DNA from: Deltaproteobacteria bacterium
GTDB taxonomy: Bacteria; Myxococcota_A; UBA9160; SMWR01
Assembly (NCBI GenBank): GCA_032128115.1
Contig: JAQBHB010000040.1
Span: forward strand, 96,001-160,000
DNA: 64,000 nt
Reading direction: 5' to 3'
The notes under the pieces are model-generated. The model saw only the letters and a program-made list of their open reading frames with translations. It was not told the DNA's origin and made no database searches. The position numbers and the translations under genes were made by a program. How positions within the stretch are numbered: position 1 is the stretch's first letter; each line of letters begins with the position of its first letter. This document shows, piece by piece, positions 37,744 through 46,978 of this stretch.

Positions 37744-38373
37744 TCAGGCCGGGTGGGTCCCGGAGAGTTGGATGCGTGTCAGGGTGTCGATCACGGTCTC
37801 GCGCGTCGCCCGGCTGGGATCTTCCGCCCACCAGGCCACTACGCGCGCCAGCATTCCCACGAGGGCCTGGGAGAGGACCTCCGGGTCGAGGCCCTGGCCG
37901 TCGCCAGGCCCGCGGCGGCGCCGCGTCTCGGCAATCGACGCGGCGAGGCCGTCGAGCACGTCCGACTCCACGGCCGCGGCGTCGGTGTCGGAGCTGAACA
38001 GGATGCGTGCCAGATCCCGGTTGTCCTCGACGAACACCACCAGCGCCTCGGTCCGGGCGCGCACCCCATCGCGGCCACCCGCCGTGTCGGCGTCGGCGGT
38101 GTCGATGCTCTCGCGCAGGGCGGCGATGCTGTTGCGGGCGATCTCGCTGAACAGCGCGCGCTTGTCGCGGAAGTGGAGATAGAAGGTGCCTGCGGCGACA
38201 CCGGCGTTTCGGGCGATGTCGTGGGTCGTGACCTGGTGCAGGCCGCGCGAGGCGAAAAGGCTGCGGCCGGCGGCCAGCAGCCGCGTTCGGGTGGCTTGAC
38301 GGCTTCGCGAGGCCGCCGACTCGCGCCCGGAATCCGAGCCGGGAAAGTCTCGAAGGGCTCGACTGACAGACAT
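37744..38373 (-). CDS. TetR/AcrR family transcriptional regulator
   Basis: TRTRLLAAGRSLFASRG..TTHDIARNAGVAAGTFYLHFRDK HTH. Confidence 0.93.
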   Translation of the reverse strand: MSVSRALRDFPGSDSGRESAASRSRQATRTRLLAAGRSLFASRGLHQVTTHDIARNAGVAAGTFYLHFRDKRALFSEIARNSIAALRESIDTADADTAGGRDGVRARTEALVVFVEDNRDLARILFSSDTDAAAVESDVLDGLAASIAETRRRRGPGDGQGLDPEVLSQALVGMLARVVAWWAEDPSRATRETVIDTLTRIQLSGTHPA

Positions 38374-38398
38374 GTCAGTCGCTGACGCTATCGTCAGC
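38360..38398. promoter_or_regulatory. Two adjacent CTGAC-N6-GTCAG palindromes (probable TetR operators)
   Basis: cgactgaca-gaca-tgtcagtcg (38360-38381, covers the TetR ATG) and gctgacg-ctat-cgtcagc (38381-38398). Confidence 0.75.
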
Positions 38399-38491
38399 CG
38401 GAAGTCCGGTCAAGCTGGATTGGGGCCGGTCGTCGCAACGCTGCGCCCTCTGGCACAATGGGCGGCCCGGAACCAAGGCAAGGAGGACGAG

Positions 38492-39295
38492 ATGGATGCG
38501 TTTTCTGCGCGCTATGGACCCTGGGCGCTGGTGGCCGGAGCCTCCGAGGGGCTGGGGGCTGCGTTTGCGGGCCAGATCGCGGCCCACGGAGTGAACCTGG
38601 TGTTGGTGGCGCGCCGGGCGCCGCTGCTTGCGGACCTGAGTCGCGCGCTGACCGACGAGCACGGTGTGCAGGTGCGCGGTCTGGTCGTCGACCTGGCCGA
38701 GCGCGGCGCTCTCGGGGCAGCCAGCCACGAGGTGCGCGATCTGGAGGTGGGCCTGCTGGTCTACAACGCGGCCTACTCGCGCATCGGGCCCTTCCTGGAA
38801 GATCCCCTGGAAGAGCACCTGCAGGAGCTCGACGTGAACTGCCGGGGTCCCCTCGTGTTTGCCCACACGTTCGGGCGGCCCATGGCGGCCCGGGGCCGGG
38901 GCGGGATCCTTCTGATGTCTTCGCTGGCAGGCGGGCAGGGCTCGCCGGGAATCGCGAACTACGCGGCCACCAAGGCCTACAACACCGTGCTGGCCGAGGG
39001 CCTGTGGGGGGAGCTCCGGGGGCGGGGAGTGGACGTGCTGGCGTGTTGCGCCGGGGCCACACGGACGCCGCGCTACCGGGCCAACCAGGAGGAGCGCGGC
39101 GGCGGATCGATTCCGGCTCCCGAGATGGAGCCCGAAGCCGTTGCGTCCGAGGCACTTCGCGCGCTGGGACGCAGGCCCAGCATGATTCCCGGGGCGGCAA
39201 ACCGCACGGCCGCGTTCTTCATGTCGCGGGTCCTGCCCCGGAGGCGCGCGGTCATGATCATGGGGCGGTCGACGCGCGGAATGTCGCCGTCGTAG
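38492..39295 (+). CDS. SDR oxidoreductase (KDSR/17-beta-HSD-like)
   Basis: AGGAGG RBS; YGPWALVAGASEGLG, YNAA, YAATKA. Confidence 0.9.
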   Translation: MDAFSARYGPWALVAGASEGLGAAFAGQIAAHGVNLVLVARRAPLLADLSRALTDEHGVQVRGLVVDLAERGALGAASHEVRDLEVGLLVYNAAYSRIGPFLEDPLEEHLQELDVNCRGPLVFAHTFGRPMAARGRGGILLMSSLAGGQGSPGIANYAATKAYNTVLAEGLWGELRGRGVDVLACCAGATRTPRYRANQEERGGGSIPAPEMEPEAVASEALRALGRRPSMIPGAANRTAAFFMSRVLPRRRAVMIMGRSTRGMSPS

Positions 39296-39310
39296 AAAGT
39301 CGCCGCCTTC

Positions 39311-40780
39311 TCAGCCGTGGGTGACGCCGCCCATCCACAGGTGCATGGCGGCGTACGCGCGCCACGGGCGCCATGCCTCGGCGATCGCGGCCACCCGCGA
39401 AGCGGTTGGCGGGCCGGAGCGGCCGGCCAGTGCGCGGCGCAGTCCCAGGTCCGAGGCGGGAAAGGCGTCGGGTTCTCGCAGGGCGCGCATGGCGATGTAC
39501 TGGGCCGTCCACTCACCCAGTCCCGGCAGGCTTCGCAGCTTTTCCAGGGTCTCGTCGGGTCCCGTGGACCCGTCGAGCCGCAACGAGTCGCTGGCCACTG
39601 CTTCCGCCAGACCCCGGATGGCCGCAGCGCGCGCGCCCGGCAGGCCGATGTGGGCCAGGTCGGTTCCGGCCAGGGCCTCTGCGCTGGGGAACAGGCGATC
39701 GCTGCCGTCTTCTCCCATCCCGGGGAGGGGCTCGCCGTACGCTTCGACCAGACGGCCGGCCAGGGTGGTGGCGCCCTTGACGGTGACCTGCTGACCCAGG
39801 ACCGCTCGCACGGCCAGCTCGAAGCCGTCCCAGGCGCCGGGGACTCGCAGTCCCGGCCGCGTCCGCAGGGCGCGCCGCAGTCGCGGATCGCGGCGCAGGC
39901 TCGAGGCGATCTCCACCGGATCGGCCGTGAGATCGAAGAGTCCGCGCAGGCGCTCGACCACCTGGATCAGGCCGGCGGGGTTTTCGAGTCGGATGCGGGC
40001 CTGCAGGTGGTTCTCGCCGGGAACGGGTCGCACTTCGACGATTCCGACCACGCCGTCGAGCCTCACCGTTCGGCGATAGAAGTTGCGCCCCACGATTTCG
40101 ACGCCCGGCGTGGCGCGCAGGGCGAGGAAGTCGCGCAGCGGGTTCCAGGCGAACGGAGGGCGGAACGGCAGACGCAACGTCGCGTCCGCGGGGCCGTGCC
40201 CCGGTTTGCGGTCGCGGCGGGTCCGCACGCGCCGGAGTTCGCGCGGGGGGCGGCCGTAGGTGTCGCGAATCGCGGCGTTGAAGCGCCGGACGCTTGCGAA
40301 GCCCGAGCCGAAGGCGACCTGGGCCATGGGGAGCGCAGTCTCGTCGATGAGCCTCTTCGCGAAAAGCACCCGGCGCGTCTGGGCCACCGTCACGGGCGCG
40401 GCGCCCAGATGCTGGAGGAACAGGCGCCGCAGCTGGCGCTCGCCCATGCCCAGTCGGGCCGCCAGGTGGTCGACGCCGGCTTCGTCCAGGGCGCCCTCGC
40501 CGATCAGGCGCAGGGCGCGCGACACCGTGGTCGAGCTGCCCAGCCACGCGGGCGTTCCCGGCGACGCCTCGGGGCGGCAGCGCAGGCACGGTCGGAAACC
40601 CGCCTCCTGGGCCGCTGCCGCGCACGGCAGGAACAGGCAGTTCTCACGGCGGGGAGTTCGCGCGGGACATACGGGCCGACAGTAGACACCGGTGGTGCGC
40701 ACCGCCGTGAAGAAGCGACCGTCGAACCGGGCGTCTCGGGCTCGCAGGGCCCGATAACAGCTGTCGGGATCCAGATCCAC
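39311..40780 (-). CDS. alkA: Ada metal-binding/AraC + AlkA DNA-3-methyladenine glycosylase fusion
   Basis: TTGVYCRPVC..FRPCLRCRP Zn site, AraC HTH, AlkA-N, LPGLGEWTA HhH, PWRAYA. Confidence 0.93.
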   Translation of the reverse strand: MDLDPDSCYRALRARDARFDGRFFTAVRTTGVYCRPVCPARTPRRENCLFLPCAAAAQEAGFRPCLRCRPEASPGTPAWLGSSTTVSRALRLIGEGALDEAGVDHLAARLGMGERQLRRLFLQHLGAAPVTVAQTRRVLFAKRLIDETALPMAQVAFGSGFASVRRFNAAIRDTYGRPPRELRRVRTRRDRKPGHGPADATLRLPFRPPFAWNPLRDFLALRATPGVEIVGRNFYRRTVRLDGVVGIVEVRPVPGENHLQARIRLENPAGLIQVVERLRGLFDLTADPVEIASSLRRDPRLRRALRTRPGLRVPGAWDGFELAVRAVLGQQVTVKGATTLAGRLVEAYGEPLPGMGEDGSDRLFPSAEALAGTDLAHIGLPGARAAAIRGLAEAVASDSLRLDGSTGPDETLEKLRSLPGLGEWTAQYIAMRALREPDAFPASDLGLRRALAGRSGPPTASRVAAIAEAWRPWRAYAAMHLWMGGVTHG

Positions 40781-40850
40781 GGCCCAGGAGATAGCGCGCT
40801 TCGCCGACCAAGACTGGCCGTTTTCGGACGTGATGGGCGCAGCCGGGCCG

Positions 40851-42137
40851 CTAGCTCGCTTTCTCTCGCGGCGGGGTCACCGACGCGATCTTGACCTGCC
40901 CCGGGGAGGGGCGGGGTTTCTCTCCCTGGGAGGGAAGGCCGGGTCCGAAGTGGAAACCCTGCCCGTAGGGAATTCCGAGCTGCCGCAGGACGAGCAGCTC
41001 TTCTTCGGTTTCGACGCCCTCGGCGATCACCTCGGCTCCGATCTTTCGGGCAACGTTGTTGAGCGCGCGCAGCACCTCCTGGCGCGGCGGGTCGGCGTCG
41101 ATGCCCCGCACCAGGCCCATGTCCGCCTTCAGGAAATCGGGCGTGATCTCCATGATCGCCTCGAGACTGGCGTAGCCGGCGCCGGCGTCATCGACGGCGA
41201 TCCGGATTCCCAGGTTGCGCCACGAATCCCGCATTTCGCGGAAGATCGCGAAGTTCTCGATCGACTCCTTCTCGGAGATCTCCAGCACCAGATCGCTGGG
41301 CTGCAAGTGGTAGTTCTCGAGGGTCTTCACGAGTCCCTCGCCGCGCAGGTTGGGGTCGCCGATCGAGGTGGGCAGGCAGTTGAGGAAGAGCATCTTGCCC
41401 ACGGGCAGGCAGTGCACCTGCTCCAGGGCGGCGCGCCGGCACAGGCAGTCGAGCTCGTAGACCAGGCCGCGCTGGCTGGCGAGCTCGAAGAGCTGGCCGG
41501 GACTGCGCAGATCGCTATCTCGCGGGCCGCGGGCCAGGGCCTCGTACCCGATCACCCCGGACTCACGCAGACTCACGATGGGCTCGAACAGCACGCCCAG
41601 GTTGCCCGAGAAGATGAGCTCCAAGAGCTGGCGTCCCCGGGCCCGGGAGCGCACGTCAGACTCGAGCCTCGCGTCGTGGTGCGCAGCTTCCAGGGCCTCG
41701 CGGATCTGGCGCTCGGCCTTCACGTTGGGGTTGTAGAGGAGCACTGCGAGGCCAACCGGGAGCTCCAGCGTCTCCCGGTGATAGGGGTACACCGCCTGGC
41801 GACCGCGGCGGGTAAGTGCGGTCGAGAGGTCGCCCGCCAGGCTCGAAAGGCCCTTGTAGAAGTCACGGTCTGCGCGGTCGCGGAAGAGCAGGACGATCAG
41901 GGTGTCGCCGCCGCGTTCGGCCGTGGCATAGACCTCGGCCTCAGGGGCCAGCTCTGAGGCCACCTCGCCCACCAGGGAAACCAGGTTGTCCACCGTCTGC
42001 TGGTGGGCCTGGCCGCCATAGCTGCGCTCCACCCCGCTCAGGGCGGTGACGTCGATCACCAACACAGCGGCGGCCCCGCTCTCGCGCAGGCCGTCCTCAA
42101 TGCGGTCGAGCGTCTGGTCCTGGTCGAATGAGAGCAT
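40851..42137 (-). CDS. EAL phosphodiesterase with a degenerate N-terminal GGDEF-like domain
   Basis: RGGDT in the N-domain; FEPIV, YEALARGP, FLN, EISE, VDDAGAGY, LKAD, AEGVE, QGF. Confidence 0.88.
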   Translation of the reverse strand: MLSFDQDQTLDRIEDGLRESGAAAVLVIDVTALSGVERSYGGQAHQQTVDNLVSLVGEVASELAPEAEVYATAERGGDTLIVLLFRDRADRDFYKGLSSLAGDLSTALTRRGRQAVYPYHRETLELPVGLAVLLYNPNVKAERQIREALEAAHHDARLESDVRSRARGRQLLELIFSGNLGVLFEPIVSLRESGVIGYEALARGPRDSDLRSPGQLFELASQRGLVYELDCLCRRAALEQVHCLPVGKMLFLNCLPTSIGDPNLRGEGLVKTLENYHLQPSDLVLEISEKESIENFAIFREMRDSWRNLGIRIAVDDAGAGYASLEAIMEITPDFLKADMGLVRGIDADPPRQEVLRALNNVARKIGAEVIAEGVETEEELLVLRQLGIPYGQGFHFGPGLPSQGEKPRPSPGQVKIASVTPPREKAS

Positions 42138-42269
42138 GCCCCCCCCGGGCGCGGCCGCACGACTTCCGATGAGGGTGGATCGGCGGAATGAGCCTCCCGC
42201 CTTAGGTGGATCCCCAATGGGAGCGGTCGACCCCCGCGGTGGCCACGAGAGGGCCCCCAGAGGCGTTTT

Positions 42270-42551
42270 CTACCCGCCCTCCCCGGTGCTGCTCTCGCAA
42301 ACCGCCGAGGTGGGCACGCTGCGCTGACAGCGCAGGCCCTCGGTGACCCCGCTGGAGAGCACGGCACAGGCCGAGGACAGGGCGCCCTGCAGGGCCTGCT
42401 CGCGATCCACGGCCGAGACGCTGCGACAGGCGCTGCGGGTGCGGTAGGACACGCACACCTCACAACGAACCTGGTTCGAGCGCAGGGTCACCACCCACAC
42501 GGCCACCGCGAACAGGCCCGCCAGGATCACGGCGACGATGCGGCGGCTCAC
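42270..42551 (-). CDS. Small membrane-anchored Cys-rich protein
   Basis: GTG overlapping the upstream stop; N-terminal TM then CEVC..C...C...C...C. Confidence 0.65.
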   Translation of the reverse strand: MSRRIVAVILAGLFAVAVWVVTLRSNQVRCEVCVSYRTRSACRSVSAVDREQALQGALSSACAVLSSGVTEGLRCQRSVPTSAVCESSTGEGG

Positions 42552-43330
42552 GGCACGCGCGCCGCGAAGCGCAGGCGCACGTAGTCGGCCGTCCAGCGCC
42601 CGTGGGAGTCGCACAGGGCCGGACGCAGCATCTCGCAGACCTCGGCCAGGAAGCCCGGCCGCTCGCCATCGGGCAGCTCCGCCATGAAGGGTCCCGCGAA
42701 GATCTCGAGCCAGTCTCGCATGCAGGTGGGCAACGCGGTGGGGCGCGGAATCAGGGCAATCGTCTCCACCTTCAGACCCTCCGCTTCGAGTTCCGACCGG
42801 TAGTCGTCGTCGGTGGGAAAGTACCAGGGATGATGGGCCTGGCCGTCGACCCCCCGGTCGGAGAGGGCTCGCAGGAGAGCGGTCTGGATGGCGGCCACGC
42901 AGCCGTGGCCCCCGAATTCGGCCACGAACCGCCCCCCGGGCCGCAGCGCGCGCCGCACGCCGGCGATCACGTCTCGCGGTCGCTTCATCCAGTGCAGGGC
43001 CGCGTTGCTGAAGACTGCGTCGAACTCGCTGTCGAAGCCGAGGGCGTGCCCGTCCGCCACGTGGGCGTCGAGCCCGCGCGCGCGGGCCGCCGCGACCTGC
43101 TCGGCGCTGGCGTCCACAGCCACCACCTGGCAGCCGCCCGCGACCAGCTTCTCCGTGAGCGCGCCGTCTCCGCAGCCCAGGTCCAGGATGCGCTCCCCGG
43201 GTCGGGGCGCCAGCAGCTCCAGCACGGGCTGGCCCAGGTCGGCGACGAAGCCCGCCTGCTTTGCGTAGCGTTCGGGATCCCAGCGCTGCTCGCGATTCAA
43301 CCGGGGTGCTCCGATTTCCAGATCGTCCAC
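42548..43330 (-). CDS. Class I SAM-dependent methyltransferase (Tam-like); start may be TTG 43300
   Basis: ILDLGCGDG, FDAVFSNAALHW, LRPGGRF, ADYVRLRF. Confidence 0.9.
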   Translation of the reverse strand: MDDLEIGAPRLNREQRWDPERYAKQAGFVADLGQPVLELLAPRPGERILDLGCGDGALTEKLVAGGCQVVAVDASAEQVAAARARGLDAHVADGHALGFDSEFDAVFSNAALHWMKRPRDVIAGVRRALRPGGRFVAEFGGHGCVAAIQTALLRALSDRGVDGQAHHPWYFPTDDDYRSELEAEGLKVETIALIPRPTALPTCMRDWLEIFAGPFMAELPDGERPGFLAEVCEMLRPALCDSHGRWTADYVRLRFAARVP

Positions 43331-43692
43331 AGCGGCGGGCCCAGGACCAGCATGCCCACGACCCCGGCTCCGATGGCGGCGATCAGGACCGCGCCCGCGG
43401 CGGCGTCCTTTGCGCGTCCCACCAGGGGGTGGGGCCCGGGCGAAGTTGCATCGCCGAGCCTCTCGAGGGCGGTGTTCATCGACTCAGCGACCCACACGAG
43501 TGTCATGGCCAGCACCAGCGCGACCCAGTCGCCGCGGGAGACCCCCAGGGCGAATCCCGCCGCGCACACGGCCAGGCTGGCGGCGGCGTGGATCCAGGCG
43601 TTGGGTTGCGTGCGCAACACGTCCCAGATTCCGAGCGCGGCGTTGCGGAAGCTGCGCGCACGCGCCGCAGGACTCAATCCCGAATCGTTCAT
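43297..43692 (-). CDS. dgkA: Diacylglycerol kinase (prokaryotic DgkA type)
   Basis: SFRNAALGI, AESMNTALE, AKDAAAGAV; three TMs. Confidence 0.88.
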   Translation of the reverse strand: MNDSGLSPAARARSFRNAALGIWDVLRTQPNAWIHAAASLAVCAAGFALGVSRGDWVALVLAMTLVWVAESMNTALERLGDATSPGPHPLVGRAKDAAAGAVLIAAIGAGVVGMLVLGPPLWTIWKSEHPG

Positions 43693-43793
43693 GGTCGGGC
43701 CTCGGCGTGCGTTCGCGGGCGCCGACGTCTCCGCGATACTGTACGCGGACCCAGCGGCGGCCCGATCATATCGAACCCGATCGAGAGGCGGAC

Positions 43794-44266
43794 ATGGCGT
43801 ACCAGGACATCCGGTTCGAGGTGACGGACGGCGTCGCCACGATCACGCTGAACCGCCCGGATCGACTCAATGCGTTCAGCGGCAGCATGGGCAGGGAGCT
43901 GGGGGCCGCCTACCGGGCCTGCGACGCGGACGACGCGATCCGCGCTGTGGTGCTGACCGGCGCCGGGCGGGCGTTCTGCGCAGGCGCCGACATGTCGGCT
44001 GGGGCCGACACCTTCGCGAGCCGGGACGAATCGGATTTCAGCGCGGTCGGCGTCGATCCCCCGGCCTGGCGCGTGCGCAAGCTGGTGATCGCCGCCGTCA
44101 ACGGACACGCGGTGGGGGGCCGCACCACCATCTGATGGGTCGCGCCGACGCTCGCGAGGGGGGACTGGCGTACCTGGAGAAACGGCAGCCGCGCTGGAGT
44201 TCGAGCGTGGCGAACGACTGGCCCGACTGGCCCGCCTGGCCCGACTGGCCGAACGGGGACGATTGA
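43794..44266 (+). pseudogene. Enoyl-CoA hydratase with a large internal deletion and frameshift
   Basis: Intact N-terminus to AAVNGHAVG, then an abrupt out-of-frame jump to a crotonase C-terminus (HHLMGRADAREGGLAYLEKRQPRW). Confidence 0.82.
44216..44251. repeat. 9-bp tandem repeat x4 (DWP DWP AWP DWP)
   Basis: gactggccc gactggccc gcctggccc gactggccg. Confidence 0.85.
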
Positions 44267-44291
44267 CGGCGCCACGTCCCCCGCCGCTCGT

Positions 44292-45062
44292 TCAGCGCCG
44301 GCGAAAGCTCTCGCGTGCCTGCGCCGTGTGCAGCGCACCGCGGAGCACGTCGCCGTCGGTCTCCGTCACGTCACCCAGGCGCCCGCGCGCGGCATACGAC
44401 CGCATCTGGGTCTTGGTCATGTGGACGGCGACCTCGGGCTTCGCGGCCAGGCGGGCCACCCAGTCTTCCACGGTGGCGTCGAGGGCCTTCTCCGCCACGC
44501 ATCGATGCACCAGGCCCCAGTGCTGGGCGGTGGCCGCATCCACCCGTTCGCACATCAGGATGATCTCGCGGGCGCGTGCGGCACCCAGTTCGTGGATCAG
44601 TCGCGGCGTTCCGCCCCAGGTGAGCGGAATTCCCAGGTCGACTTCGGGTACGTGGAAGACGGTCTCGGCACTGGCGATGCGGAAATCGCAGGCCAGGGCC
44701 AGCAGCAGGCCGCCCCCGATGGCGTGGCCGTGGATGCGGGCCACGGTGACGGCGTCTACGTCCTCGATGGCTCGGCAGGCTCGGGCTCCCATCTGCGAGG
44801 CGTAACGGCGCTCTCGATCGCTGGCGGCGTTCTCGGTCGCCGCCAGGCCCGGCGGATCGCCGCGATCGGCCCCGGCGCAGAACGAGGCGCCCCGTCCGCC
44901 CAGCACCACCGTTGTGACGGCGAAGTCGGTCTGGAGGCCCGTGAACAGGGCCGTGATCTCCTCGAGGCTTCGAGTCGAAAGGGCGTTGCGCACCCGGGGA
45001 CGGTTCAGCCACACGCGCAGGATCGATCCCTCGCGCTCGAGTTCCAGGGTCTCGAATTCCAT
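44292..45062 (-). CDS. Enoyl-CoA hydratase/isomerase family protein
   Basis: LNRP, FCAGAD, GHAIGGG, CDFR, PEVDLG. Confidence 0.9.
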   Translation of the reverse strand: MEFETLELEREGSILRVWLNRPRVRNALSTRSLEEITALFTGLQTDFAVTTVVLGGRGASFCAGADRGDPPGLAATENAASDRERRYASQMGARACRAIEDVDAVTVARIHGHAIGGGLLLALACDFRIASAETVFHVPEVDLGIPLTWGGTPRLIHELGAARAREIILMCERVDAATAQHWGLVHRCVAEKALDATVEDWVARLAAKPEVAVHMTKTQMRSYAARGRLGDVTETDGDVLRGALHTAQARESFRRR

Positions 45063-45138
45063 GGCCGTCCGTGTATCACGCGGGCCGCCAGCGTGTCGAG
45101 GTCGGACCGCCGGGTAACCGTCTGCGGGCGGCTGCCGT

Positions 45139-45795
45139 ATGCTGCCCGCGAACCTCGGAGGTTCCTTGGGCCCTGTCATCAATCGGGTTTGCCTCATCCT
45201 GGGCCTGTCCGTGGGCCTCGTGCTCGTGCCCGGCTGCCCGCCGGCTGGGCCCGACCCCCTGAGCTACCAGCTCGGTCACAGCGGCGACCACTGGGACACG
45301 GTATCCGGACGCGAATTCATCCCGGAGCTGCAGGGCCGTTACCCGGAATACTTCGAGGTGATTCTCGATCCAGCGGATACCCGCGAGCCGGACCTGCGTC
45401 CCCTGCGCGACGATCTGGAGCGAAACCCCACGGACCTGCGCAGCTACGACGCGCTCCACGCGCTGGCCGTCGGCTACTTCGAGCTCAACTACCGGGGAAA
45501 CTCCTCGCCGGGTGGACCCTACTACCTGGCCGACAACTTCCGGGCGGCGAAGCTGGTGGCCGTGCCCTGGCGCGCCTACGGCCAGATCGACGACGGCGCA
45601 CTGCGCGATGCAATCCTCGACTTCTTCGAGGACGCCGCGTCCGGTGAGAAGCTGGCCACCGCCGCCACCGCGCCGCGGCTGGCGCGGGTGGTGGCGTCGC
45701 TCGAGGCGAAGGAGACGGATGACCCGGATCGCCGCGAACGCATCCGGCTGCTGGCGGAACGACTCGCAGCGCTCGAGCCTGCCTCCAATCAGTAG
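45139..45795 (+). CDS. Hypothetical protein, putative lipoprotein
   Basis: Hydrophobic leader ending LVPGC; fills the gap between neighbours. Confidence 0.65.
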   Translation: MLPANLGGSLGPVINRVCLILGLSVGLVLVPGCPPAGPDPLSYQLGHSGDHWDTVSGREFIPELQGRYPEYFEVILDPADTREPDLRPLRDDLERNPTDLRSYDALHALAVGYFELNYRGNSSPGGPYYLADNFRAAKLVAVPWRAYGQIDDGALRDAILDFFEDAASGEKLATAATAPRLARVVASLEAKETDDPDRRERIRLLAERLAALEPASNQ

Positions 45796-45824
45796 GTCAT
45801 TGCCTGACGCCTAGGTCATTGCCT
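45793..45824. repeat. 19-bp-period duplication between convergent stop codons
   Basis: taggtcattgcct at 45793-45805 and 45812-45824. Confidence 0.85.
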
Positions 45825-46944
45825 AGCGCTGCGGGTCGCCGCCCGCTGAGGGCGGGAGCGGCGGCGGCGTGGCCTGGGCCTGGAACAGGCTGGCCAGACC
45901 GGGGAGCTGGCCGGCAGCGGTCCATCCCGCCATGCCGGCGGTCCACACCAGGGTCTCGCTGCGCACACGGCCCACGGCCACCGCTTGCGCGAGCTGCGCC
46001 GGGTTGAAGGGCCCGACGCTCTGTCCGTTTTCGGCGAAGTGCCACGCCACCGGCGGCGGAGGCGGTGCCTGGGGCGACGGCCCCCCGCCGGTGCCCGGCA
46101 TCATCGGCCCCGCCATGGCCATGCCCATACCCAGACCCACTCCGGCGCCCGCCAGTCCACCGGCCGGGTTTGCGGCCGCCACGGGCATGGCCTGACCCAG
46201 CTGGTAGCTCTGGAAGGCATTCATGTCGCCGATGACTCCCATGCTGGTGCGCGTGTCGAGCGCCTGCTCCACCTCCGCAGGAACCGAGATGTTCACGATG
46301 TAGAGCTGCGGAATCTCGATGCCGTACTCGTCGTCCACGCGCTCGACGACCATGCGACGCAGATCTTCCGAGAGCTGCTGGTAATTCGAGGCGAGGTCGA
46401 GCACGGCGATCTCCGACTTGGCCACGACATCGGCGAAGCCCGAATTGATCACGGCGCGAAGCAGCTCGGTGATCTCCTCAGCGTCGAACTGCGAGTCGGC
46501 CCCCACCAGCTCCTCGAGAAGGGTCTTGGGATTGCTCGCCTTGAGCGTGTAGGTGCCGAAAGCGCGCACCCGGATCGGACCGAAGTCCGGGTCGCGCATC
46601 ATCACGGGGTTGGGTGTGCCCCACTTGAGATCCGTGATCTGGCGCGTGGAAACGAAATACACCTCGGCCATGAACGGGCTGTCGAAACCGTACTTCCATC
46701 CGGCCAGGGTACTCAGGACGGGCAGGTTGCGGGTCTCCAGCCGGTATTGACCGGGCTCGAAGACGTCGGCCACCCTTCCCTGGTGCACGAATACCGCGGA
46801 CTGTCCGGGACGTACGATGAGTTGGGCACCGAACTTGATCTGGTTGTGATAGCGGGGAAAGCGCCAGACGATGGTGTGGCGGCTGTCGTCCACCCACTCC
46901 ACGATGTCGATGAGCTCGGCTCGAAGCTTCTGGATCAGGGTCAT
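45823..46944 (-). CDS. SPFH-domain protein (YdjI-like) with a C-terminal GYF_2-like domain
   Basis: IDIVEW, GAQLIVRPGQ, KWGT, RAFGTY; C-terminal GPF...TLVWTAGMAGW. Confidence 0.87.
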   Translation of the reverse strand: MTLIQKLRAELIDIVEWVDDSRHTIVWRFPRYHNQIKFGAQLIVRPGQSAVFVHQGRVADVFEPGQYRLETRNLPVLSTLAGWKYGFDSPFMAEVYFVSTRQITDLKWGTPNPVMMRDPDFGPIRVRAFGTYTLKASNPKTLLEELVGADSQFDAEEITELLRAVINSGFADVVAKSEIAVLDLASNYQQLSEDLRRMVVERVDDEYGIEIPQLYIVNISVPAEVEQALDTRTSMGVIGDMNAFQSYQLGQAMPVAAANPAGGLAGAGVGLGMGMAMAGPMMPGTGGGPSPQAPPPPPVAWHFAENGQSVGPFNPAQLAQAVAVGRVRSETLVWTAGMAGWTAAGQLPGLASLFQAQATPPPLPPSAGGDPQR

Positions 46945-46978
46945 GGTTTTTCTCCCTGCGGACCGGAGTCCGCTCGAA

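Noticed and set aside
45805..45818. TGAC-N6-GTCA resembling the TetR operator core
   Set aside because: Lies between convergent stop codons inside a duplication; no promoter to regulate, likely chance.
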